Virus record (IMG/VR): IMGVR_UViG_3300050014_000823
Coordinates: 124,001-188,000 of that record
Length of the DNA: 64,000 nucleotides
Strand: one strand, 5' to 3'
The notes under the pieces are model-generated. The model saw nothing but the letters and a program-made list of their open reading frames with translations. It was not told where the DNA came from and searched no databases. Positions within the stretch are counted from its first letter, which is position 1; every line of letters begins with the position of its first letter. A program made the position numbers and the translations under genes. Positions 7,725-18,600 of this stretch are shown piece after piece.

Positions 7725-10492
7725 TATAGTATTTTACTCTGTTTAACAAATGTAGCGGTATTATAGCCAACAAGATGTTTCATCTTGTTCATCTGCTCGT
7801 TAACCACTGGTTTAGCAACTTCTTTAGACTCGTTGATGCTCTTAGCTGGTGTTTTAAACACGAATACTTCAACACCGTTTGTATAGAATTTCTTACCTTC
7901 CATTGCTTTAACAACGTTTTCGTTCACACTAACCTTTTGAGTATATGTGTTACCGAGACCATCAAAACTCAAATCGCAAAGGAATTCAGCAGGTTTATCT
8001 GTTTTAAGTTCCCATACTTCGTTTAAGTTGAAGTCAATGATTTTTCTCTTGCCGAGATAATCACGATATTTAGCTGTTACCATACCTTCTTTAAGACCTT
8101 CACGTTCATTCCAACCAGATTGTTCTTTGTTGAATTGTACCTTGTCAGATGTAGTATCTTCCACTGGCTGTGGGTCTTTATTGTACATCGGTGCTTTAGC
8201 ACGGAAAGCAAGTTTATCTTGTCTCTGTTTGTAAAGTTTGTCACCCATGTCAGCCTTCATACGGTCTTCGAAACGTTTTCCAACTTCGTTATCATAAACA
8301 AAGTCGCCAAGTCCAAGACGATAAAGATTTACTTCATCCTGTTCTTCCTTGCTGAGATTACGCTTTGGAATTTCGTCACCTGCATCATTGGCACTGTCAC
8401 CAACGTTTTTAAGTGCTTCCCCGGATTTTGCATCAGTTGCTTTGATTTCACCCTTCTCAAGTTTTTCACCCAACTCATATGGATTCTTACCTACTTCAGT
8501 CTGTTGGTCTTTCCATTGAAGTTCTTTTTCAACGTCAATAACTTCTTTAGTTCCACTGTGTTGTAGGTCTTTCTTGAAATTTTTCTCATTGTCGTTACCT
8601 AAACGGTCTTTGAGTATTAATGCTGACGGTCTTCTATCTTCTGTCATTTTCTTTAATTTATCTTGGTGAATTGAAAATGCTTTCAACTCGTTATTTAGTT
8701 CTTCCAATAGGTTGAATGATTCACTCATGCTACCACCACCAGATGACCTTGCACCCATGTCCATATTGCCGCTTTGCGTACCAATTGGCTGTGGTTTATT
8801 TGCCATAGTGTCAGGACTGTCACCAATCATAGTCTGTGATTCTTCTTTGAGTTTAGGTTTAACCTTCTCTGGTAAACCTTTATGCTTAGTAGACGCAAAA
8901 TCTTCTGCATCTTTTGGCTTCATTGACTTTGCTGTATCAGCAACATCACCACCAACTTTATCGGGACTAAGTTCGCCTTTTTGTACGGCATGAACCATAC
9001 CCATGAATTTTTGCTGTTTCTTAGAAACGGCTTTTTCGTCTATGTTTTTATTCTCTTCCATTGAATTTAAGTTAGCTTTGTCAGGGTCACCTGTTTTTAT
9101 TGTATTCATTTCAGTACCAGCATCTTTATTGTTCCAATGTTTTACTGTATCGCTTGTGAATGCTGATGTGTCGTTAATGATTGTGTTATCTTCTTTACCC
9201 CTATTTTCTTTTATTTTACCTGAAATTCCATCTGTAGGTAAATTAGGATTTTCGGGATGAGGGAAATATGAATGTTCTTTTGTCATGTCATTGTTTAAAA
9301 TTTTAACGTCATCGTCTCTCATTTTATCAACGTCTTGACCAATATACAGAGAAGTATTGTTGTCAATACCTGCTTTTAATTTTTCACGTTTAGGTGATTG
9401 AGGTACTTCACTAACGCCCAATCCTTTATTACTGCTTGTATGATTCTTATTATAGTCATCACTCAATTTTTCTTGATAGGACAAATCAGCCTCATTAAGA
9501 CTGTTGAAGAAATCTTCGAAACCTTCTGTTTCGATAAGATAATTCTTATTTTCCTGTATAATTGTACCACCTTTTATCATTGGTGTTGTTTTTACTTTAG
9601 CCTTGCCTTTGGTTTTCATTAGGTCACCACTACCCCACATTGCAGGTCCAACATATGCACCTGATGATGCACTGCCTGTTGTTTCACTAAGAATCTTACC
9701 GTCTCTGTCAATTATGTCAGCATTTCCGTGGTCGGAGATAAACCAAATGTTTGGATAAAAATTGTTTGCTTCTTGCCAATCAACAACTGCTTTCATAGCA
9801 TCTTCCCATTCAACAAATTTGTTAATGTATTTTCCACCACAACTTACAGAATATATGTTGCCGTTTGAACTTATAACACAATCATCCTCTTCAGGTTGAG
9901 TTGGTTGTTGTTCTTCAGGTTCTTCGAATTCTACCTCATCTACCTTTTTAGCATAGCCTAAAGGTGCTGTATATTGACCAGAGCCACTGAATGCTCCACC
10001 ACCACCTGCACCACCAGTGCCTGTGGTTTCATCCACGCCAATCTCTTGAATTGGTTTTGGTTTTTTGGGTTCGAGATTTCTTGTTTGCATATCTTCTCCT
10101 GCATGTTTTAATTGATTTATACCACTTTTGTCCCTACGTTTTTTCTCTTTCGGAACTGCTTGTTTGTATTTCTGTAGATACTTTGGACTATTAAGAACAT
10201 AATCATTAAAAAGCATATTCATAATAGTTTCATTGTAATGATAACCATATTTTTCCTCACCGTTCTCAGACATTTCCTCATAAATGGCTGCAAGTTTAGG
10301 GTCACCGAAAACCAACGCTTCCATCTTAGCAAGACTGAAAATCTTTTTCTTTAAAGACTGTTCTGCTTCGCCCAACATGCCGTCAATCTCATTTAAATTA
10401 GCAACACCCTTTGTATCAAATGTTCTCTGATAACCCTTAGATAAGTCGTTAACGGGTTTACTTAATGTCGGTTTAATATTTGTTTCTGCCAT
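7724..10492 (-). CDS. Large probable head-internal/virion protein with a DUF3008-like segment
   Basis: 922 aa, highly charged, many [ILVM]-x-E motifs. AVSKKQQKFMG...FASTKHKGLPEKV resembles DUF3008. Confidence 0.55.
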   Translation of the reverse strand: MAETNIKPTLSKPVNDLSKGYQRTFDTKGVANLNEIDGMLGEAEQSLKKKIFSLAKMEALVFGDPKLAAIYEEMSENGEEKYGYHYNETIMNMLFNDYVLNSPKYLQKYKQAVPKEKKRRDKSGINQLKHAGEDMQTRNLEPKKPKPIQEIGVDETTGTGGAGGGGAFSGSGQYTAPLGYAKKVDEVEFEEPEEQQPTQPEEDDCVISSNGNIYSVSCGGKYINKFVEWEDAMKAVVDWQEANNFYPNIWFISDHGNADIIDRDGKILSETTGSASSGAYVGPAMWGSGDLMKTKGKAKVKTTPMIKGGTIIQENKNYLIETEGFEDFFNSLNEADLSYQEKLSDDYNKNHTSSNKGLGVSEVPQSPKREKLKAGIDNNTSLYIGQDVDKMRDDDVKILNNDMTKEHSYFPHPENPNLPTDGISGKIKENRGKEDNTIINDTSAFTSDTVKHWNNKDAGTEMNTIKTGDPDKANLNSMEENKNIDEKAVSKKQQKFMGMVHAVQKGELSPDKVGGDVADTAKSMKPKDAEDFASTKHKGLPEKVKPKLKEESQTMIGDSPDTMANKPQPIGTQSGNMDMGARSSGGGSMSESFNLLEELNNELKAFSIHQDKLKKMTEDRRPSALILKDRLGNDNEKNFKKDLQHSGTKEVIDVEKELQWKDQQTEVGKNPYELGEKLEKGEIKATDAKSGEALKNVGDSANDAGDEIPKRNLSKEEQDEVNLYRLGLGDFVYDNEVGKRFEDRMKADMGDKLYKQRQDKLAFRAKAPMYNKDPQPVEDTTSDKVQFNKEQSGWNEREGLKEGMVTAKYRDYLGKRKIIDFNLNEVWELKTDKPAEFLCDLSFDGLGNTYTQKVSVNENVVKAMEGKKFYTNGVEVFVFKTPAKSINESKEVAKPVVNEQMNKMKHLVGYNTATFVKQSKIL

Positions 10493-10493
10493 C

Positions 10494-10700
10494 TTATTTA
10501 ATGTCTGATTTCCAAAAATCTCTTTTCTGCCACAATACCTTATAAACGGCTTCCATTGAGTTCTTTATCGTCTGAATAAGTTCGTCTCTCGTAGCACTAT
10601 TATTGCTATGAAGAACTTTTTTCATTTCTTTATCGAGCATGTCACCAACGAATTTCTTAATCTCGTCATTAACAATTGCTTTAACCTCAGTCTTATCCAT
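10494..10700 (-). CDS. Hypothetical protein
   Basis: Preceded by a late motif (10720-10728); co-transcribed with the 922-aa gene. Confidence 0.65.
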   Translation of the reverse strand: MDKTEVKAIVNDEIKKFVGDMLDKEMKKVLHSNNSATRDELIQTIKNSMEAVYKVLWQKRDFWKSDIK

Positions 10701-10740
10701 TTTATAATTACCAGTTGTTTATAAATACTTGACTAATACA

Positions 10741-10771
10741 AAAAGAACGCACATTACAATAATGTGCGTTC
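10741..10771 (-). terminator. Rho-independent terminator
   Basis: Stem GAACGCACATTA/TAATGTGCGTTC with a T-run. Confidence 0.75.
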
Positions 10772-10810
10772 CATAGAAATATTAATGTGTCCTCCACTTC
10801 AGGGAGTATA

Positions 10811-11596
10811 TTATTTCAACAAATAATGCCCTGCAACAACACCACCAACACCAACAATAATTATCGTGCCGTTTTTCTTTACCCAAGTCCAGGTTTTTTG
10901 CCATCCCGTTGGCTGAACTATGTCCTTATTTATACCGGGAATTGCGTAACTATCGATATTGGCAATTTGAAAATATTTATTTGAATTTGAGACGCTGAAA
11001 GAAATTGGACTACCCTTTGTTTTATCGAACTGAAAACTAACAAATGTCGTATTTGGCAGATATAAGTCCTTGATGAACAACGATGGCTGTACGTTCTTAA
11101 ATGCAGGGATTACGCTACGAACTTCAAGATGATATTTAAGGTCGGGATTCTTAACTTCTGCAAATGTTATCTTTTTATTAACTGTATCAACATCAACAGT
11201 ACCACCATGTAACAATGAATCGATTTTTACGTTTGCGTTAATAAGTGCTGCGGCAATTACATCACTTTTCTTGTTAATTTCTTTCACTCTGTCAATCAAC
11301 TCTTTTTGTGTTTCGGTGAGTTGACCGTACATCTTTTGAAGATTTTTAATGGTTTCTTGTATTGTAAGTTTTTCTGCAGTCCATTCACCTTCTTTGTTTT
11401 TATAGATTTTCATCGTATCTAACAAAGCGTTTTTAAGGTTAACCTCAGTATTATACTTATTCTTTAGATTTTTAATACTCAGACGTTGAAAATATACCAC
11501 TGCGCCTAAACCTAATATAATTGCAGCAATTATCACTATAAGTAAGTGATTTTTTGTCAGCAACCAACTTTTGAATTGTACTAATTTTGCGTTCAT
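10811..11596 (-). CDS. Membrane-anchored coiled-coil protein (spanin-like candidate); start reassigned to MNAKL
   Basis: N-terminal TM, coiled coil and hydrophobic C-terminus; motif CTATTTATT at 11610-11618. Confidence 0.45.
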   Translation of the reverse strand: MNAKLVQFKSWLLTKNHLLIVIIAAIILGLGAVVYFQRLSIKNLKNKYNTEVNLKNALLDTMKIYKNKEGEWTAEKLTIQETIKNLQKMYGQLTETQKELIDRVKEINKKSDVIAAALINANVKIDSLLHGGTVDVDTVNKKITFAEVKNPDLKYHLEVRSVIPAFKNVQPSLFIKDLYLPNTTFVSFQFDKTKGSPISFSVSNSNKYFQIANIDSYAIPGINKDIVQPTGWQKTWTWVKKNGTIIIVGVGGVVAGHYLLK

Positions 11597-11668
11597 ATCA
11601 ACTATTTTCAATAAATAGTTTAATATCAACAAATAATACGATTTTTAATAAAATTTTATAATTCTAAC

Positions 11669-12247
11669 TTATTCTGCAGCCATTTTCATTTCTGGGGAAG
11701 CAGTATTTAATATGTTGTTTCTCCAATATTTGTAGAAAATATCGAAGTACGACTCAATTTTTTCGATAATCAAATCGTTGTCAGGATTGTCTGCGGTGAA
11801 ATCTGGGAGATAATTAAACTCGATTCCCGTAGTCTTTTCATCCGGAGTTACTTTATAAACAAATTGTATTACTCCGTCAATCGTACCACCCCAAAAGATT
11901 AAATTGTCATATACCTTCAAGTCAGTAAACTTGATGTCAACATTCATGTCATTGAAATAGTTACGAAACTTTTCTTCTTCCTGTGTTTGGTCGTAAACTG
12001 TTTCTTTATTATTGCTTGGAGTCGTGTTTTCCTGACCTACGGGAACATTATCTTGCGGAGTATTTGTTGGTACAGCATCCTCATTCAACTTAACGGGATT
12101 GCGTGTAATTTTAAGCATATCACGTACCGATAGTTCATGCTTCGTTGTTTCTTGATTTGCGTTAGGACTATATTTACCTTCACGTAATCTTTTCATTAAG
12201 ACACGCATTTGGTTTGGAGCAGATTTATCGTTGATGCTATTTTTCAT
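11669..12247 (-). CDS. Hypothetical late (virion-associated?) protein
   Basis: Late motif at 12260-12268; KLNE linker motif. Confidence 0.55.
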   Translation of the reverse strand: MKNSINDKSAPNQMRVLMKRLREGKYSPNANQETTKHELSVRDMLKITRNPVKLNEDAVPTNTPQDNVPVGQENTTPSNNKETVYDQTQEEEKFRNYFNDMNVDIKFTDLKVYDNLIFWGGTIDGVIQFVYKVTPDEKTTGIEFNYLPDFTADNPDNDLIIEKIESYFDIFYKYWRNNILNTASPEMKMAAE

Positions 12248-12268
12248 ACTATTTTTTACTATAAATAC

Positions 12269-12883
12269 TTAAACGAATTCATTGTGCAACATTTCGTTGA
12301 ATTTTTGTATGTCGAATAGCGGATTAATGTCACTACTGTCTTCTATGTAGTTACTTCTAAAGACTATACCTTTATATCTTACAATATCCCTGTTGAAGTG
12401 ATGAAAGTCTATTGCTACCTTTGGAATATTAAATTCTTCACACAATTTTCTGCAAAGCAATACAGTATTTTCAACCTGTTCATCGTTGATTTTCTCCCAA
12501 AATTTATAGCCAAGCCATTGCTTTTCTACAACATTCTCGGTTTCACAAATCTCATTTATCCAATTGATATACTTGTCATCGGGAGTGACAAAGAGTGTTC
12601 CCATGTTCTCAAGAACAACAGAAACAGACTTTTTATCTGCTTCTTTAATACCAAGAAAATCTGAATGAAACCGTGGGTCATAATGCTCATAAATTTCTCC
12701 TGTCCGGGAAACAGTATAAGTATTCCACTTCATAGTTTTATGATAGTCCTTATTCTGTAACCTCAATATATGGTTACTACCCTTTCTTAAACTTGTGGCT
12801 AAAACTATCTGAGTCTTAGCAATTTCCGTTTTATATCTTTGGTCTTCTGTGATTGCATATGTACTACTGTCGATGTGCATCAT
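12269..12883 (-). CDS. N-acetylmuramoyl-L-alanine amidase (Amidase_2) fold, Zn ligands apparently lost
   Basis: QIVL...YTVSRTGEIYEHYD...SVSVVLENMG...QVENTVLLCRKL..FNIP; the HHT position reads ATS. Confidence 0.6.
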   Translation of the reverse strand: MMHIDSSTYAITEDQRYKTEIAKTQIVLATSLRKGSNHILRLQNKDYHKTMKWNTYTVSRTGEIYEHYDPRFHSDFLGIKEADKKSVSVVLENMGTLFVTPDDKYINWINEICETENVVEKQWLGYKFWEKINDEQVENTVLLCRKLCEEFNIPKVAIDFHHFNRDIVRYKGIVFRSNYIEDSSDINPLFDIQKFNEMLHNEFV

Positions 12884-13328
12884 AATTCATGTATATAACC
12901 TCTACCCCGCCTTCGGCTAAAATTTGTAATGCCCGTTTAAAGCCTTCACCAAATTTGATGTTATTTAAGTCTGGTTCTTTATCACAAAATATTCTTTTAA
13001 TACCTGCTTGAACGATAAATCCTGCACACGTATCACAAGGAAACCAGTTGACATATAAATCGCAATTCAATGTGCTTTTTCCTTGTCGGGCTGCATTAAT
13101 GATTGCATTTGCTTCGCTGTGGATAAACCAATGGTACTTTTCGGGTCTTTCGTGTCTTTCATTTATATCATCGTCAACCCCACGTGGCATTCCATTAAAA
13201 CCAGTTGTAACAATTTCCCTGTCTTTAACAATAACACACCCAACTTTACTTGAACGGTCTTTGCTCCATTGTGCCACTTCCAAATCAGCAATTTTCATAA
13301 ACCTTAAATCCCATTTATTATTTTCCAT
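12864..13328 (-). CDS. dCMP deaminase
   Basis: TGFNGMPRG, HSEANAI (HxE) and PCDTC (PCxxC) Zn motifs. Confidence 0.92.
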   Translation of the reverse strand: MENNKWDLRFMKIADLEVAQWSKDRSSKVGCVIVKDREIVTTGFNGMPRGVDDDINERHERPEKYHWFIHSEANAIINAARQGKSTLNCDLYVNWFPCDTCAGFIVQAGIKRIFCDKEPDLNNIKFGEGFKRALQILAEGGVEVIYMNYDAHRQ

Positions 13329-13330
13329 AA

Positions 13331-14230
13331 TTATTTACAATAAAATTCATTTAACCAATTATTTTTACGTGCATTATAATATGCACCACCATATGTTTTA
13401 GCAAATTCAGTTTTTGTTCTACATTGTTGAGCAACATCAGCACACCGTTCTTTTGTCCAATAAATGGTATTATATGGTAATTTCTCCATATGTTTACAAA
13501 TTTTATCAACCCATCCATTTTTTACCGAAGTACTGTATGCACTACTTGATTTTGTTTTAAATTCTTTTTTTGTGTTATATTTCAACGCTTCTTTTTCACA
13601 CTTATCAAACGTCCAATAAATTTTACGTTTAAATTTTTCCATGTGAGAACAAATATCATCCAACCATCCATTCATTTGTGCTGAATTATATGCAGACCCA
13701 GAGTTAATTCTAAAATCGTTTCTTGTATTATATTTTAATGCTACCGTCCCACATTTTTCTTTAGTCCAAATTAAATTATTTCCACCAATAGTACCAGTTT
13801 TTGCCACATTAAGTAATATCCAATTATTGTTTTTATATTTTTCAAGAAAAATACCCTCTAATTTACTTGCTTCATTAATTTCAATATAATCTGTTAGTTG
13901 AATAAAATTGGGTATTAAACCCGTTTTGGAAATATGTTTAGTGACTGCATCATCCGGGTTATTTTTTCTCCAAATTAATCTTTTTTTAATATTACCTGTC
14001 AATCCAACATAAACATAATTATCTGAAAATTCGTGAGAATATATGCATCTATGACACTTATCGCCCAATTTAATCATATGTGAACATATTTCATCAATAA
14101 AACCATTTCTCCTTGCACTAATATATGCAGACGGAAAATCGAGTTTAAATTCACTTCTTGTTGTATATTTAAGTGCCACAGTCATACAATTTTCTTTATT
14201 CCAATAATTTCTTCCTTTTCTTTTTTTCAT
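13331..14230 (-). CDS. GIY-YIG homing-endonuclease-like protein with WTxExC helical repeats
   Basis: YVYVGLTGNIKKR core flanked by repeats of WTKEKC..ALKY.T..EF....SAY..A..NGW.D.IC.HM. Confidence 0.75.
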   Translation of the reverse strand: MKKRKGRNYWNKENCMTVALKYTTRSEFKLDFPSAYISARRNGFIDEICSHMIKLGDKCHRCIYSHEFSDNYVYVGLTGNIKKRLIWRKNNPDDAVTKHISKTGLIPNFIQLTDYIEINEASKLEGIFLEKYKNNNWILLNVAKTGTIGGNNLIWTKEKCGTVALKYNTRNDFRINSGSAYNSAQMNGWLDDICSHMEKFKRKIYWTFDKCEKEALKYNTKKEFKTKSSSAYSTSVKNGWVDKICKHMEKLPYNTIYWTKERCADVAQQCRTKTEFAKTYGGAYYNARKNNWLNEFYCK

Positions 14231-14287
14231 AGTATCTATTTTATGAATAAATACTATGTTTTTTGAATTATCCTACTTTTATGAAAA

Positions 14288-14512
14288 TTATCTTAGAATA
14301 AAAAGACGATTTTTAGTCAATTTTTTTGCCTTTTCAATCAGTTCATCCAAATTATCCATGTCATCGTCATTATGTGAAATGTCATCGACATCCATTTTTG
14401 CCAAAGCATTCACAATTTTAAGTGAATCCTTGAGAATCTGTGCTGTTTGCCTATCATCAGATTTTTTCTGACGAGCATATTCTTCCCAATTTTCTAATTC
14501 TTTGTCTGCCAT
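14288..14512 (-). CDS. Hypothetical protein
   Basis: 74-aa ORF abutting the upstream gene. Confidence 0.55.
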   Translation of the reverse strand: MADKELENWEEYARQKKSDDRQTAQILKDSLKIVNALAKMDVDDISHNDDDMDNLDELIEKAKKLTKNRLFILR

Positions 14513-15664
14513 TTATCTTATGTTTTCGAGTACTCTGTAAGCATCATCAAAATGCTCAATTATATTTTCCGCTTCGGGATATGTGCTTGCTATCATTCTA
14601 CGTTTACCAACGGTTGTAAAAATCCCCAAATTGTCCATATCCTTTAAAAAATCGTCAACAAACTTATTGGAGTTCTGTATGTTAGCCTTTTCACTGACAA
14701 TCTCTTTCAGTTGCTGACCTGGCATAACTTGCTCACCGGGAATAAGTTTACCGTCCTTATACACAAACGCAAGTAATGCTTTATACCTGTCTTTCTTCTG
14801 ATAGATTTTCTCGAATTTTTGCTGATTGATAACAAACAAATTGTACTCATACCATTCTCGGAAATATACACCGCCAATAATTATTACTTCTGCAAAGATA
14901 GCGATAATAATAAATAAAACAATGTTTTTTGAATCTTCACTGGCATTATCTGCAATTGTTGTGTTAAGACCAGATTTTAATTCTGTTACTCTCACAGTTA
15001 ATTGTGCATCGATTTTATTTACTTCTGCTTGGTTGTTTTCAATAATTCCAGCATTCTTATCGATGCTCGACTGATAATCCCTTCGTATTGAAACCCAACC
15101 CATTGGTGTTTGTGCAAGACTGTTACGTAAGTCGTTGTTGACAGTACGAAGTGCTTGATTGTCTACTTCATAGGTGTGTTTCTTTCTTTCATATTGAACT
15201 GCAAGACTGTCTTTCTGTAAGTCTACTTGAGTAGTAGCAATTGTATTTTGCTTGACGCTTGTACTTGCAAGGTTCTTTGAGCCAACGAGTGACAGGTAGA
15301 AACTCAGTAGTACAATTGCAACAGATACACCGAACCAAGCTGCAATAGGTCCAGTGATTTTTTTACTATTAGCAACATAATCACTACTGAAATTTCTGAA
15401 CAAATATCTTTTGATTATCTCGAAGATTGTCAAGAAAGTAACTGAAAATACAAGTGCTAATGCTGTGCCTAAAAAGCCAGTGACTAAGTTAATGTTAATT
15501 GCCTTAAGCAGTGCAGGGTAAAGTAGGAAGTACGAGAAGAAAATTGACCCCAAGTTTCCCACGAATGAGAAACCATAGAGCCACTTATCTAAGATTTTGT
15601 TATTGCCTTCAAAGTCTTTGACATTTATCTTGTTTCGTAGTTTGTCATAATCTTTTAAATCCAT
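14513..15664 (-). CDS. Multi-TM membrane protein with coiled coil
   Basis: Three N-terminal and one C-proximal hydrophobic helices around a coiled coil; late-like motif at 15679-15687. Confidence 0.65.
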   Translation of the reverse strand: MDLKDYDKLRNKINVKDFEGNNKILDKWLYGFSFVGNLGSIFFSYFLLYPALLKAININLVTGFLGTALALVFSVTFLTIFEIIKRYLFRNFSSDYVANSKKITGPIAAWFGVSVAIVLLSFYLSLVGSKNLASTSVKQNTIATTQVDLQKDSLAVQYERKKHTYEVDNQALRTVNNDLRNSLAQTPMGWVSIRRDYQSSIDKNAGIIENNQAEVNKIDAQLTVRVTELKSGLNTTIADNASEDSKNIVLFIIIAIFAEVIIIGGVYFREWYEYNLFVINQQKFEKIYQKKDRYKALLAFVYKDGKLIPGEQVMPGQQLKEIVSEKANIQNSNKFVDDFLKDMDNLGIFTTVGKRRMIASTYPEAENIIEHFDDAYRVLENIR

Positions 15665-15691
15665 AATTATACTTTACCCATAAATAGTCGT

Positions 15692-18600
15692 TTATTCCAA
15701 AACTAATGAGGAAATACCGTCTTCATCCACAGTCACATTAATAAGGTAATCTGGGTTGATTTCTTCCTTATGTTCGATGACTAAAGTTTTCTTCATGTGG
15801 TTTTTAATAACATGAAGTATCTCAATGAATTCTTCAACGCTTTCGTCACTTAATTTACCCATAACTTCGTCAAGTAAGAACATCATTGGTTTTGCCTTGA
15901 TGTTAATTTGATTCAGAGCGAACTTTAACACCACGCTTGAGAATGTTCTTTCCTTACCACTTGCTGAGATACAATCAATGACTGCGCCAGGTCTGCTGTT
16001 GTAGACTAATTTAGGTCTGAGGTCGTCTTCATCGAGCCATACCTTAAACTGTGCTACCGACAATATGTTTTCCAAGGTCAGATTAATCTTAGGCAGAATA
16101 TAATTAACAAGCATTTGCTTTGGAATACCGTCACGGTGCACGCACTTCTTATATAGTGCCATAACAGAGTCTTGATATTCCTGTATTTTAAACTCGACAA
16201 TCAGTAATTCGTTGTTTTTAATTCTGATTTGTCTGTCAGCAATTGCTGTTTTTTTCAGATACAAATCTTCTGTAAGTTCACGCTCATCGTTTTCAAGTAA
16301 ACGAATCTTATCCTTTGCAGCGACAATACCCTTTTCAATCTTCTGATTTTCTTCGATTTGTAATATGTTATTGTCGTAATTGTCAATTTTCTGTTGCAGG
16401 ATTGAAATTTTAAGTTCTTCGTTCTGAATCTTCACGGGAATCTGGTCGAGTTCTACTTGAAGTTCTTTACGCCTGTTGACATCATTCATTTCGTTGGTGA
16501 GCGTACCGATTTCTTTCAGCGTACTTTCCATTTCAAGAGCATCGTTTTCAATAATTGTCTTAACTCCAGTAATTTCCTTATTTTTAGCATCAATTACATC
16601 TTGATTATTTTTAATGTCAACACTAAGCCATTTTTTAATGTCATCGGCAAGAGGAAACATTAATGCCTCAACTGCTTTAATCTTTTCAGTGATATGGTCT
16701 TGATGCTCTGCAGTTAATAGCTGTCCACAAGTAGGACAGATTTTACTATCTTTGAGTTCTTGAATATCTTTCTTATATTGTGCACCTTGTTGTTTATGTC
16801 TTAAAACATAGCCATTAAATATCTCAATCTGATGCTCTGCAGCCATGATGGTTTGTTCATGACCCTTGATTACCATCCTATTAGTATACTCATTAGTTTT
16901 ATGTGCATCCTTTTTCCAAGTAAGTTGTTGTAACCTTTCAGCATCATATGTTTCCCGCAAAGCTGCGATACTTGTTTCAAGAATGCCTTTACGTTGATTG
17001 TGTTGCTTGATAGTCTCGTTATGTATACCAATAGTCTTCTTGACACTATCTACGCTTAAATTAGCTATTTCGGGGTCTATTTTAAACAATTTCTTCGTCA
17101 ATGTCTCGACATAGGTTCTACCTGTTTGAATTTTTCCTTGAACTTCAGGGATTTTAATTGTTTCGTAATCCAGTACTTCGGCATCAAGCAATCTAATATC
17201 TTCCAAGTATTGTTGATTTTGCGATGTGGTTGCTTCGACATTACATGTGACTCTATTTCTCTCATTTGCTTTTTTCTGATATACCTTCAAACCTTCGAGT
17301 TTCTTGTCGAAAATGTCTAAGCCAGTGTCGAAGAGTAGTGAGTCAATAAAAACTGCCATATCATTTGATAATATGCGGTTTAACGTATCAGAGGTAGTCA
17401 TGACAATACGCATAAAGTTATCATAAGTGCCTAAGATGATGTCTAAGTTCTTTTGGGTTTTTATTCTGCGGTCATCATCGAGTTTTTCCAATACTGTATT
17501 ATCATCCATTTCTTCATCAGGATTTGACAGCAAATAATAACTCAATGTGGTTGGAGCACCTTTAATCTCACCAGATTTGTTTTTTTCAATTGTGGTTTTT
17601 TTCTTGATACCATAATATTCACCATTGGCTTCGATTACAATATAACCCTCGCAAAAGGTCGCACCGTTTCTGTTGTTGACAAAACGTGAATCACCAAATT
17701 GTTTACGACTTTCTGTTTCCAATGACTTACCGAACAATATGTAGGTGATAAGTTTCATGATAGTTGTTTTCCCGGCAGTGTTTATACCTGTAATCTGAAA
17801 CAAACCATCCATGTCACGCCAATCAACGTCAATGTTAGCATATGATGCGAAATTCCTACCACCGAACTTAATCACGTTCCACTCAAGGTTGCTTACCTCA
17901 TCAAGGGTAATGCTTGCAGTAATCTCTTCATCCAATGCAATTATATCTGCAACAAGTTGTGGGTCAGTACCGATTTTTTCCAAGTATTCTTTGAATATTT
18001 CGTGCTGAACAGCCTCATCGCTGATGTTTTCAATGGTAACGTTTTCATTGACATCCATTTTATCGGCTTCAATGAATTCGTTTTTGTGCGAGATAATAAC
18101 GTTTTTATGTTGTGACTTTAAAAATTCAACTAATTTTCTCTCATTATCTTTTGTCCTTGACTGCGGAAGCGTACCCCAGACAAATCTGACTCTCATGTGC
18201 TTCGTAGGATTTGGTATGTCTAATTCCAAGTCATCAAAGTCAGTAAACGGAGTGATTTTGACGTTTTTAAATGAATAATTATTCTTAATTGGGAACTCTT
18301 CAGCACTCATAGAATCCAAATGCCACAACAGATATCCGTGGAAATTGTCGTCACCCTCACTTACGTCCTGTGCAATTAATGACCCGCAATATGCTTTGGT
18401 ATGTAATGCATCGAGATACTGCATCCTATGTATGTCACCAAACATAGATAGGTCGCCTTTGAACTCTGAAAGTTTGTAATATGACTTACTTTTCATTTCA
18501 AACCCAGTGGTTGACTTACAGCCACTTATCGGGTCATGGAATAGGTCAATTGCAATTTGACCATCAGTTCTTCCACTGAGAAATTCTTTACCTGCCTTGG

